From a virus (lineage: Duplodnaviria; Caudoviricetes), in the IMG/VR virus record IMGVR_UViG_3300049171_000069, positions 1 through 36,380 of that record: DNA of 36,380 nt; one strand, 5' to 3'. Positions 1 to 7,145 of this stretch are shown here, piece after piece. The translations under genes were made by a program, and so were the position numbers. Positions within the stretch are counted from its first letter, which is position 1. Every line of letters starts with the position of its first letter. Under the pieces are notes generated by a model. The model searched no databases. It saw only the letters and a list, made by a program, of their open reading frames with translations, and was not told where the DNA came from.

Positions 1-127
1 GGGAACCCCAAGAGTGCTCTGTGACGCCTCTACTGAGTGATCACTTTCGAGGAGCCGCGAAAGTGATTCTGCGAGCCCCTGACCTGCGCCTTTGTGTAGT
101 CGGGAGGCTGCTCTCGACCGCTCTTGC
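1..127. repeat. 127-bp terminal direct repeat, copy 1 (assembly circular overlap)
   Basis: 1-127 is identical to 36254-36380; 127 is a common assembler k-mer size. Confidence 0.9.
40..67. terminator. Perfect 10-bp inverted repeat (terminator of minus-strand cassette, or protein-binding site near att)
   Basis: ATCACTTTCG-N8-CGAAAGTGAT downstream of the methyltransferase gene. Confidence 0.5.
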
Positions 128-213
128 CGCTGCCCTTGGAATCGAAGGTTGGGCACATAGAAGCCCCGGCCGACTGTGAAGGGGACGCAGGCCGGCCGGG
201 GCGACGGGGTGCG

Positions 214-867
214 TCAGCGGCGGGCGGTGACGAGCAGCGTGCCGATGTGACCGGGCTCCGGCGCGTCCAGCACGCGGGCCTCAGCATCACGAAAGCCGTG
301 ACGCTCGAGGAGACTGGCCCACCGGCGGGGCGTGTAGCTGTACCGGTAGGTGTACATGGCCTTCCCCGCGAAGCCGCCCTTGTACATGCCCTGCGGGCCG
401 TAGGCGCCCGGGATGGCCGGCGGGTGGGAGAAGGCGAGCACGCCGCCAGGGTTCAGCCTGTCCACAAGGAGTGGGAACAGCTTGGCCGGGTCGGTGAACC
501 AGACGGCCCCGAACACGGAGTAGATCGCGTCATACGTGGCGGTGGACTCGCGCAGGTGATCGAGCACCTCGGCACAGACGAAGTCGACACCCAGCGGCCC
601 CCACCGCTCCGTCGTCTTCTTCACCATGACCGGTGACAGGTCCACCCCGGTCGCCTTGATACCCCGCCGGGCGAGGAAGGCGAGGGCCCGGCCGGTGCCG
701 CAACCGATCTCCAGGACAGACTTCGGCTCACCGAGCAGCTCGGGGCCCGGTCCGTGTCCGGCGTACTGGGTCCAGTTGAACACCGGCTCCATGTCGTCCT
801 TGAAGGCGCTGCCGGCGTAGGTGTCCCAGAGTTCGGTCTCAGCGTCGATGTCGTGACGTGCGGGCAC
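214..867 (-). CDS. Class I SAM-dependent methyltransferase (small-molecule/peptide type)
   Basis: Motif I VLEIGCGTG, GVDLS, YDAIYS, LNPGG; no DPPY/PC DNA-methylase motifs; AAGGGAG RBS. Confidence 0.88.
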   Translation of the reverse strand: MPARHDIDAETELWDTYAGSAFKDDMEPVFNWTQYAGHGPGPELLGEPKSVLEIGCGTGRALAFLARRGIKATGVDLSPVMVKKTTERWGPLGVDFVCAEVLDHLRESTATYDAIYSVFGAVWFTDPAKLFPLLVDRLNPGGVLAFSHPPAIPGAYGPQGMYKGGFAGKAMYTYRYSYTPRRWASLLERHGFRDAEARVLDAPEPGHIGTLLVTARR

Positions 868-897
868 GGCACTCCCTTCACAGGCAGGAATGGGTGT

Positions 898-934
898 GGC
901 CCCTGCCCTCCCCGGGGGGAGGAGGACAGGGGCC
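898..934. promoter_or_regulatory. Intergenic stem-loop
   Basis: TGGCCCCTG...CAGGGGCCA inverted repeat between the His-motif gene and the methyltransferase. Confidence 0.45.
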
Positions 935-946
935 AGCCTAGGGCGG

Positions 947-1438
947 TCAGTGGCTGTCGGGGACCTTGTTGTCGCAGGGCGAGCAGTTCGCCCCGTCGAT
1001 GGCCCAGAGCTCCTCGTCGACGTCCCAGCCGTCGGCGCGCATGAAGTCCGCGGTGCGGAGACACAGGCCGTCCGTGCGGCGCTGAATGAACGGGGCGTGG
1101 TGCTTGTACCGGCCGCCGTTGTAGACGTCGCAGAGGGCGAAGTACACGGGGGTGTCGAGGATGAGCTGGTGGACGCCGATGTCGACGAGCTTGCCGACGC
1201 CGAGGTGGACGTCCGGGTGCTCCATGGCGGCGATCGTGTACATCACGGCGTTGGCGAGGATCCGCTCGGCCATGTTGCGGACCATGGTGTTGTCCCGCAG
1301 CAGGAGCGCCGTCTCGCGCTCCCAGAGGGTGCCGCCGTCGGCCACGTTGATCGTGAGGTGGCGGATGTGCGGCTGGACGGAGTTGAGGATGACCTGCGGA
1401 TCGCGGGTCTTCACCTGCGCCTGGACGACTGTGCTCAT
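947..1438 (-). CDS. GRDP-like (DxxxHxxILxT..Y..C..G..HHxP) protein with short Cys-containing C-terminal tail
   Basis: VDIGVHQLILDTPVYFALCDVYNGGRYKHHAP motif; tail NCSPCDNKVPDSH; AGGAGG RBS before ATG 1438. Confidence 0.7.
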   Translation of the reverse strand: MSTVVQAQVKTRDPQVILNSVQPHIRHLTINVADGGTLWERETALLLRDNTMVRNMAERILANAVMYTIAAMEHPDVHLGVGKLVDIGVHQLILDTPVYFALCDVYNGGRYKHHAPFIQRRTDGLCLRTADFMRADGWDVDEELWAIDGANCSPCDNKVPDSH

Positions 1439-1480
1439 GGGCAATTCCTCCTGCACGTTGGTGGTGCTCCGGATTGCGGG

Positions 1481-1525
1481 CCCGCTCCGGCCGCGGTCCT
1501 GCCAGGGAGTTTCGGCCGGAGCGGG
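1481..1525. promoter_or_regulatory. 13-bp perfect inverted repeat in operon leader
   Basis: CCCGCTCCGGCCG-N19-CGGCCGGAGCGGG. Confidence 0.55.
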
Positions 1526-1553
1526 AGTCAGCGGGCGACGGGCCGACAGGGGC

Positions 1554-1736
1554 TCACTGCGGGTTCGCTCCCCGGCAGCGCGGGCAGGCGCAGGGCGGGT
1601 AGGCGAGGGTCATCAACGGCTCTTCGGAGGCCGGGACTATGCGCTCCTCGGCCTCTGTCCGATCGAGGGTGTTCGGGTCTACCCGGTAGACGCTGAGGGT
1701 CAAGCCGGGGTGAGGGGTGCCGCCGTCTGTCGTCAC
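1554..1736 (-). CDS. Small CxCxxC protein of the kind found divergent from Streptomyces XRE regulators
   Basis: LTLSVYRVDP...YPPCACPRC; probable GTG start at 1736 (ORF extends to 1799). Confidence 0.6.
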   Translation of the reverse strand: MTTDGGTPHPGLTLSVYRVDPNTLDRTEAEERIVPASEEPLMTLAYPPCACPRCRGANPQ

Positions 1737-1770
1737 AGGAGGATGATGGGCGGGCACGGCGGGACGGAAA

Positions 1771-1814
1771 TAGGCCGAGCAGTGGCCATGCGTGGCCACG
1801 CTGCGGCCACGGCC
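1771..1814. promoter_or_regulatory. Helically phased GGCC repeats in divergent promoter (putative XRE operator)
   Basis: GGCC cores at 1773, 1784, 1794, 1805 (spacing 11, 10, 11). Confidence 0.5.
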
Positions 1815-1848
1815 GAAGGCGCGGGCGATGACACCTCACACTGGGCAG

Positions 1849-3093
1849 ATGGGCCGCAACGACGCGCTCCGGGCAGCGCGCTTACGCAAGGGCTGGCGGA
1901 CGATCGAGTCCGCCGCGGCCGGCCTGCAGGAGCATGGGCAGCGGCTCCTCGACGACCGGCAGTTCACCATCTCCGCGCGCACCTGGAGACGCTGGGAAGG
2001 CGAACGACCCGGCTGGCCACCCGAGGAGACCGCGATCGTCCTGCACGACGCGCTCGGACGCTGGCCCGAAGACCTCGGCTTCACCACCCCGCCGGGATGG
2101 ATCCGGCCCGAGCACCACCGCGAGGACGATGTGAACCGACGCGCCTTCGTCTCCGTCACGGCCGCGGCACTCGTCGCTGGCCCGGTCGCCCCGCAGCACG
2201 TCGACCCCGCCCTCATCGACTACTTCCAGCAGCAGCTCGAAGGCCACTACCGAGCGGACATGTTCCTCGGACCGCACGACCTGATCGGCACCGTGTCCGC
2301 TCAATACCAGCTGATCGACAAGCTGATCCGCTCGGCGAAGAGTGAGACCCGCCGGGGCCTGCTTCGCGTCGGAGCGGCCTATGCCGCGCTCGTTGGCTGG
2401 CTGTACCAGGACGCTGGCGACATGGACGGCGCGGCGTTCTGGCGCGGCGTGACGCAGGAGATAGCGATGCGCTCCCGCGACCCTCACCTCATCGGGTACA
2501 GCCTCGTCAACCAGGCCCAGGTGCGCACGGACCTCGGCGACGGTCACGCGGTCATCGACCTGTGCGAGGCCGCCCTCGACGACGCCGACCGGCTGGTGCC
2601 GAAGGTCCGCATCATGGCCATGCAGCAGCAGGCCCACGGTGCCAGTCTCACCGGCGACCGGAGCGCGGTTGACCGGCTCATCGATGAGGCGGACGGGCTG
2701 CTGCCGCGCGTCGACGACGACCTGCCATGGGGCAACGCCTGCCGTCGCACGCCCGGGTACCTCGAAGTTCAGCGGGCCACCTGCTACGGCCGGCTGGGAC
2801 TCGGCATCGAGGCAGGAACCCTGTGGCAGCAGGTCCTCGACGTCGTGCCGGAGACCGCGCGCCGGGACCGCGGCGTCTACATGGCCCGCCACGCCACGGC
2901 GGCCGCGGCCGCCCGGGAGCCGGACCAGGCGCTGGAGATCGCCCGTGACGTCGCGCAGATCGCTGTCGAGACCAGATCCGCGCGCATGGCCAGGGAGTTG
3001 GTCGGCCTTCAGCGCGCGATGCGGCCGTGGCAGGATGCCCCCGTCGGCCGGGACCTTGCCGAGGTCCTGGCGCCCGTGACCGAGAGGGAGTGA
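1849..3093 (+). CDS. XRE-family regulator with long helical/TPR-like C-terminal domain
   Basis: N-terminal ALRAARLRKGW..SARTWRRWEG HTH; Ala-rich helical C-terminus; probable leaderless ATG 1849 after CACACT -10. Confidence 0.85.
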   Translation: MGRNDALRAARLRKGWRTIESAAAGLQEHGQRLLDDRQFTISARTWRRWEGERPGWPPEETAIVLHDALGRWPEDLGFTTPPGWIRPEHHREDDVNRRAFVSVTAAALVAGPVAPQHVDPALIDYFQQQLEGHYRADMFLGPHDLIGTVSAQYQLIDKLIRSAKSETRRGLLRVGAAYAALVGWLYQDAGDMDGAAFWRGVTQEIAMRSRDPHLIGYSLVNQAQVRTDLGDGHAVIDLCEAALDDADRLVPKVRIMAMQQQAHGASLTGDRSAVDRLIDEADGLLPRVDDDLPWGNACRRTPGYLEVQRATCYGRLGLGIEAGTLWQQVLDVVPETARRDRGVYMARHATAAAAAREPDQALEIARDVAQIAVETRSARMARELVGLQRAMRPWQDAPVGRDLAEVLAPVTERE

Positions 3094-3094
3094 C

Positions 3095-3415
3095 GTGGCC
3101 GAGGCTCCGGTGCCGCTGTCCGAGGACGAGATCGCCCAGGCCCTGCACGAGACGCCGGGCTGGTCACGCCGCGGCGATCTGATCGAGCGCCGTTACGGCA
3201 TCCGGTACCACGGTGGCGTCGCAATGATCGTGCACGTCGCGGACGTGGAACGGCTGATCGGCCACCACGCGGACATCGATCTGCGCTGGGATACGGTGCG
3301 GTTCGCCATCACGACGCACGACGCGGGGCACAAGCTCACCGGGGCCGACTTCGACCTTGCCAAGCGCATCGATCGGATCGCGGTCGCGCACGGCGCCCTG
3401 CCGGCCGACGGCTGA
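3095..3415 (+). CDS. Pterin-4-alpha-carbinolamine dehydratase (PCD/PhhB)-like protein
   Basis: LSEDEI..L...PGW, E..GHHADI, TTHD, DFDLAKRID; starts 1 nt after the XRE stop. Confidence 0.85.
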   Translation: MAEAPVPLSEDEIAQALHETPGWSRRGDLIERRYGIRYHGGVAMIVHVADVERLIGHHADIDLRWDTVRFAITTHDAGHKLTGADFDLAKRIDRIAVAHGALPADG

Positions 3416-3425
3416 GTACCCGCAG

Positions 3426-3474
3426 CACAGCAGCGCCCCCTCCCCGATTCCGGCGGGAAGGGGGCGCTGCTGTG
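3426..3474. terminator. Bidirectional terminator hairpin
   Basis: 15-bp IR CACAGCAGCGCCCCC / GGGGGCGCTGCTGTG between convergent genes. Confidence 0.8.
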
Positions 3475-3480
3475 TCGGTG

Positions 3481-3636
3481 TTACGCGAGCGCCGTGCCAG
3501 CCGCCGCGAGGAGCAGCGTCAGCATCACCGTGGGCAGTCCGAGCGTTGCCGCCTGCTGCTTGGCGACCTTGCTCAGCATCACCTGCCCCACGACCGCACC
3601 AGCGAGCAGGACCACCGCCTTCTGCTGCTTGGACAT
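3481..3636 (-). CDS. Small hydrophobic membrane protein (51 aa, moron)
   Basis: GGAGGTGA RBS; two hydrophobic segments; flanked by terminators. Confidence 0.7.
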   Translation of the reverse strand: MSKQQKAVVLLAGAVVGQVMLSKVAKQQAATLGLPTVMLTLLLAAAGTALA

Positions 3637-3722
3637 CTTCATCACCTCCCTCCTTTGAAGTTGCGGGGCATGATGACAGGTGGGTCGGACAATGAGCCCT
3701 GAGCTGGGCGAACATGACGAAG

Positions 3723-3760
3723 CGCCCCCTGCCTGGTCCCGAAGGATCAGACAGGGGGCG
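3723..3760 (-). terminator. Terminator of late/lysis operon
   Basis: CGCCCCCTG...CAGGGGGCG hairpin directly after the collagen-like gene. Confidence 0.7.
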
Positions 3761-3767
3761 TGGTCAT

Positions 3768-4406
3768 TCACGGGTACTGGCGGCGGGACGGGTCGAGCGC
3801 GAGCGGTAGCGGCGCGGCTGGCTCGTCCGGCGGTGGTGCACCGTCGCGGCGGCAGACGAGCGCGTCCGGGTCGCCCTTCGCGGGCTGGAGGCTGTAGCCG
3901 TCGGGGCAGGTCTGCCCGTCGCGGCCGTCCGCACCGTCGGTGCCGTCTGCTCCGGGCGGTCCAGCGGGTCCTGCCGGGCCTGCGGGTCCGGGTTCGCCTT
4001 GAGGCCCGGGCGGGCCGGCTTCACCGGCGGCTCCGTCCTGGCCAGGGGCGCCGGTCTCGCCGGCACCGTCCGCACCCGCGGTGCCAGTCTTACCGGTCGG
4101 GCCGGTCGGGCCTGGCTCGCCTGCGGGGCCAACCGGGCCTGGCTCGCCCTGTGGTCCCGGCGGGCCGGTCGGCCCGACCACGCCCTTGCCCGGCTCACCA
4201 CGGGACCCCGGCGGCCCGGCGACCGGCTTCTCCCCGAGCTGCTGAATCTGCAGGGCCAGCGCGTCGCGCGCCTTGTTGGCCTCCTTGAGGTCGGAGGTCA
4301 GGTCCTGAACCGTGAACAGGGCGGCGGCCGCGAGCAGCGCGCCAAGCGCGGCGAGGACGTCGCCTTGCCAGGACCAGCCGCGGAACCGGGAGGAGAGGAG
4401 CTTCAC
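3768..4406 (-). CDS. Membrane-anchored collagen-like protein (lysis cassette)
   Basis: N-terminal TM, short coiled coil, long Gly-X-Y tract, C-terminal CPDGY..LVC. Confidence 0.85.
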   Translation of the reverse strand: MKLLSSRFRGWSWQGDVLAALGALLAAAALFTVQDLTSDLKEANKARDALALQIQQLGEKPVAGPPGSRGEPGKGVVGPTGPPGPQGEPGPVGPAGEPGPTGPTGKTGTAGADGAGETGAPGQDGAAGEAGPPGPQGEPGPAGPAGPAGPPGADGTDGADGRDGQTCPDGYSLQPAKGDPDALVCRRDGAPPPDEPAAPLPLALDPSRRQYP

Positions 4407-4696
4407 GCTGCAGCCCCCTTCACCATCGTTGTCAGGTACGGCAGCAGCACGGCGGCCACCGTGATGACGGTGCCGATGATCCAGCGCCTGGTGGCGGTGA
4501 TGCGCTCGGTGTCCTGCTTACGCTGCTGCTCGAGCTCGGTGATCCGCTCGGTCATGGCGGTCTTCTCGATGGTGTAGACGTCCATCGGGACGACCTTGTC
4601 GAGGCGGGTGTTGAGCTGTCCGAGGTCCTCACGGAACTCGGACCGCAGCGACTGGATGAGCCGCCCGAGCTCACCGTTCGTCGGCTCATCAGTCAC
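4403..4696 (-). CDS. Coiled-coil protein with C-terminal TM helix (lysis-associated, holin-like)
   Basis: RRWIIGTVITVAAVLLPYL TM; position in lysis cassette. Confidence 0.7.
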   Translation of the reverse strand: MTDEPTNGELGRLIQSLRSEFREDLGQLNTRLDKVVPMDVYTIEKTAMTERITELEQQRKQDTERITATRRWIIGTVITVAAVLLPYLTTMVKGAAA

Positions 4697-4710
4697 AGGG
4701 GTGGCTCCGT

Positions 4711-4923
4711 TCAGACGCGCGGGGTGTGCTGGGCCTTCCAGCTGGCCGCGAAGGTGATGACCGCCGGGACCAGGGCGAGCACGACGGGCTCGAGCGGGTC
4801 CGGCAGCGGCGCGACAAGCCCGGCGTCACCCTGCACGGCGGTGAGGATGGCGAGCAAGCCGGTGCTACCCAGGTAGGCGGCGACGGTGGCCCACTTGACC
4901 TTCTTCTCTACGGGTTCAGCCAT
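4711..4923 (-). CDS. Holin
   Basis: 70 aa, two TM segments, PVEKKV N-terminus and HTPR C-terminus typical of actinophage holins; follows endolysin. Confidence 0.8.
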   Translation of the reverse strand: MAEPVEKKVKWATVAAYLGSTGLLAILTAVQGDAGLVAPLPDPLEPVVLALVPAVITFAASWKAQHTPRV

Positions 4924-4942
4924 GACGGGTGGTCCTTCCTGG

Positions 4943-5812
4943 TCAGTCGGCGAGGCGGGCGGCGAGCTTGTCCGCCACCTTGTCGGCGAGGGCGTCGGTC
5001 TGGTCGGGGCTGGATCCGGTGGTGCCGATGGCTTTCACGCCCGTGTCGATGTCGCGGACGATCTGGTTCATGTCCCGGGTGTCGTCCACTCCGGGCTGCT
5101 TGTAGGTCCACGGCTGGCGGGCCAGGGCGGCCTCGATGCGCTTGACCGCCGCGGCCGTGTCGGTGAGCAGCTTTCGCTCTTCAGGGGTCATGTCGTCCTC
5201 CTCGGACGGTGCGGTGGTGTCGTCGGCGAGGCGGTCTCGGATGAGGCCGCGCATCCAGTCCATGCCGAACCCGCGCGGGTCGACCTTGCCGGGCTGCCAC
5301 TCGAGGTGCCCGATGACCGACCGCTGTGACCAGCCGTGGGCGCGGCAGATCGCGGCGGACACCCGCTCGATGGCCTCGAGCTGCGCGGCTGGCCAGGGGT
5401 CCTTGCCGTCGCCGAGGTTGATGCACTCGAAGCCGTAGAAGTGCCGGTTTCCGTCGGTGTTCGCCTCGTTATCGGCGGGCAGGTCGGTCTCGTTCTGCAC
5501 GGCGCGGAGCACGTCGTCGTCGCCGTTCCCGGCGTGGTTCGTGCGGCCGTTGCCGACGAGGTAGACGGTGCCGTCCTTAGCGATGACGCCGTGACACAGC
5601 GGCCCCGGCAGCGACGAGTGGCCGTTGTAGCAGAGCTCGACGCTCTGCTGCGTGCCCTCGGTGACGGTGTGGTGGATCATCACGCCGTGCACCGGGCCGA
5701 ACGGGCCCTTGTGGTTGCGGTTGTGCGTGCGCCACGACCGGTGCTCGACGACGCGCAGGCCCTCGTTACGGAGGGCCTGCAGCAGCCGGTCGGCGGTCAG
5801 GGGTGGGGCCAT
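4943..5812 (-). CDS. Endolysin, N-acetylmuramoyl-L-alanine amidase (Amidase_2)
   Basis: GVMIHHT, NHAG, GFEC, VIGHLEW..GKVDP zinc-amidase motifs. Confidence 0.93.
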   Translation of the reverse strand: MAPPLTADRLLQALRNEGLRVVEHRSWRTHNRNHKGPFGPVHGVMIHHTVTEGTQQSVELCYNGHSSLPGPLCHGVIAKDGTVYLVGNGRTNHAGNGDDDVLRAVQNETDLPADNEANTDGNRHFYGFECINLGDGKDPWPAAQLEAIERVSAAICRAHGWSQRSVIGHLEWQPGKVDPRGFGMDWMRGLIRDRLADDTTAPSEEDDMTPEERKLLTDTAAAVKRIEAALARQPWTYKQPGVDDTRDMNQIVRDIDTGVKAIGTTGSSPDQTDALADKVADKLAARLAD

Positions 5813-6135
5813 CACACGCGCTCCGGCCAGGCCCAGCGGCCGGGCCCGTCGCCCTCCGCTACGGAGGTAGCCCAGTGGGTGTCACTGCCGTCGAGGAGGA
5901 CGTGAAGGTTCACCGTGACGACGGTCTCGTTCCAGACGCGCACGATCACCGCAGGGAAGACGTCGCCCTCCGAGGTGTGGTTGCCCTCGTGCGCCACGCA
6001 CCCGGTACGGGGTTCCGTCTCCCTGTCCTTGCGGGCGAGGTGCGCGTCGCGGCGGCCGCGGTTGATGGATTCGGCATCGTGCTGGCTGAGGGTGTAGTGC
6101 ACGATCCGGCCGACTGATGGCACGGGTGTGGGCAT
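5812..6135 (-). CDS. Conserved small phage protein (PSVGRIVHY...PAVIVRV...WAWP type)
   Basis: Recognisable phage hypothetical pattern; GGAG RBS; TGATG coupling to endolysin. Confidence 0.75.
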   Translation of the reverse strand: MPTPVPSVGRIVHYTLSQHDAESINRGRRDAHLARKDRETEPRTGCVAHEGNHTSEGDVFPAVIVRVWNETVVTVNLHVLLDGSDTHWATSVAEGDGPGRWAWPERV

Positions 6136-6199
6136 GCGCTTCTCCAGACATGCGTAACGCCCCGACGCTGCGGGGCGGTGTGGGGCGGGCGGGGTGTGG

Positions 6200-6667
6200 T
6201 CAGGTGCGCATGGGGTCGACGATGCGGGTGCCGTCGAGCCAGACGATGGAGGTCGTCGATCCGGCCGCGGTCGGTACGGAGCCGGTGATCAGGCCTGCGC
6301 TGGTGAACCCCAGCCGGACCGGGTAGTGCCCGGACTGGGCGCCGCCGTTGGAGAACTGCCGTTCAGCCTGGACGCGGTTGCTGGTGCTGGTGAACGTGAA
6401 CATGTTGTGCGTCGTGTTCGCGGCGAAGGAGCTCGCGTTGATGGTGCCGTCGAGCTCCCACACGGTGACGCCGCCCAGCACGTACTTCCACATGCGCGGG
6501 ACTCTGGTGCCGGCGGAAAAGTTCGCGCCGAAGGTGCCGAGGGTGGAGATCGCCGTGGGGGCCATCGTCTCCTCGAGCGTGGCGGCGAAACCATCCCTGA
6601 TCTCTTGGTTCATGAGGGCGGCGGTGACGGTCTCGCCGACCACCCACGTGCGGGGCGTGTGGGCCAC
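6200..6667 (-). CDS. Minor tail / receptor-binding protein
   Basis: TPRTWVVGETVTAALMNQEIRD N-terminus typical of actinophage tail fibres; beta-rich C-terminus. Confidence 0.7.
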   Translation of the reverse strand: MAHTPRTWVVGETVTAALMNQEIRDGFAATLEETMAPTAISTLGTFGANFSAGTRVPRMWKYVLGGVTVWELDGTINASSFAANTTHNMFTFTSTSNRVQAERQFSNGGAQSGHYPVRLGFTSAGLITGSVPTAAGSTTSIVWLDGTRIVDPMRT

Positions 6668-7134
6668 TACGACACCTCCATGGCGGCGGGCTCGGGGTCA
6701 GGTTCTGTCGGTGGCTGCGGCTCCTCGGGCGCGGGCTCCGGCGGCGGGGCCGGCGCGCTCGGGTCGTCGGGATGCCACCAGTGCTTCTCGTGCGGGAGCA
6801 GGTGCCCGAGGCTCGCCTCGACCGCGGCCGGATCCTCGGGGAAAACGAGGGTGCGCCAGCCGAGTCCGCACTCGGTGCACGCCATGCGCTGATCCGTGGG
6901 GGATACGACCTGCGCCGAGCCGCATAGGCAGTCGCTGATCCACCGGTTGTGGTTGATGCGGGCGAAGCCGGCCTGGCCGATGACGAATCCGGTCGGCGCG
7001 ATGGTGGTGCGCTGCAGCCGGTGGGACACCCAGAGGAACACGAGCTCGGCGGCCGGGGCGTGGGCCCAGGCGTCGGGCTTCAGGTGCGGCGGGGGGAGGT
7101 AGAACGTTTCCGCCCGCACGACGGGGAAGGGCAC
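6667..7134 (-). CDS. Minor tail-associated protein with Cys motifs
   Basis: NHNRWISDCLCG, ACTECG; GTG start 7134 with AAGGGG RBS. Confidence 0.65.
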   Translation of the reverse strand: MPFPVVRAETFYLPPPHLKPDAWAHAPAAELVFLWVSHRLQRTTIAPTGFVIGQAGFARINHNRWISDCLCGSAQVVSPTDQRMACTECGLGWRTLVFPEDPAAVEASLGHLLPHEKHWWHPDDPSAPAPPPEPAPEEPQPPTEPDPEPAAMEVS

Positions 7135-7145
7135 AGCAGCCCCTT

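Noticed and set aside
81-89. TGACCTGCG motif, also near 1390, 20582 and 23108
   Set aside because: Short, common in actinobacterial DNA and partly coding; significance cannot be assessed by eye
1-127. Terminal repeat as biological DTR or attL/attR
   Set aside because: Exact 127-bp identity fits an assembler k-mer overlap; serine integrase att sites share only a short core, and HK97/HNH packaging suggests cos ends
214-867. DNA methyltransferase / anti-restriction gene
   Set aside because: Lacks DPPY/NPPY or PC catalytic motifs; looks like a small-molecule class I enzyme
1528-1557. 9-codon ORF (VSPCRPVAR) coupled to the CxCxxC gene as a signal or precursor peptide
   Set aside because: Too short to distinguish from chance without conservation data
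3900-4220. Repetitive GC-rich tract as a DNA repeat or array
   Set aside because: Explained by Gly-X-Y collagen coding
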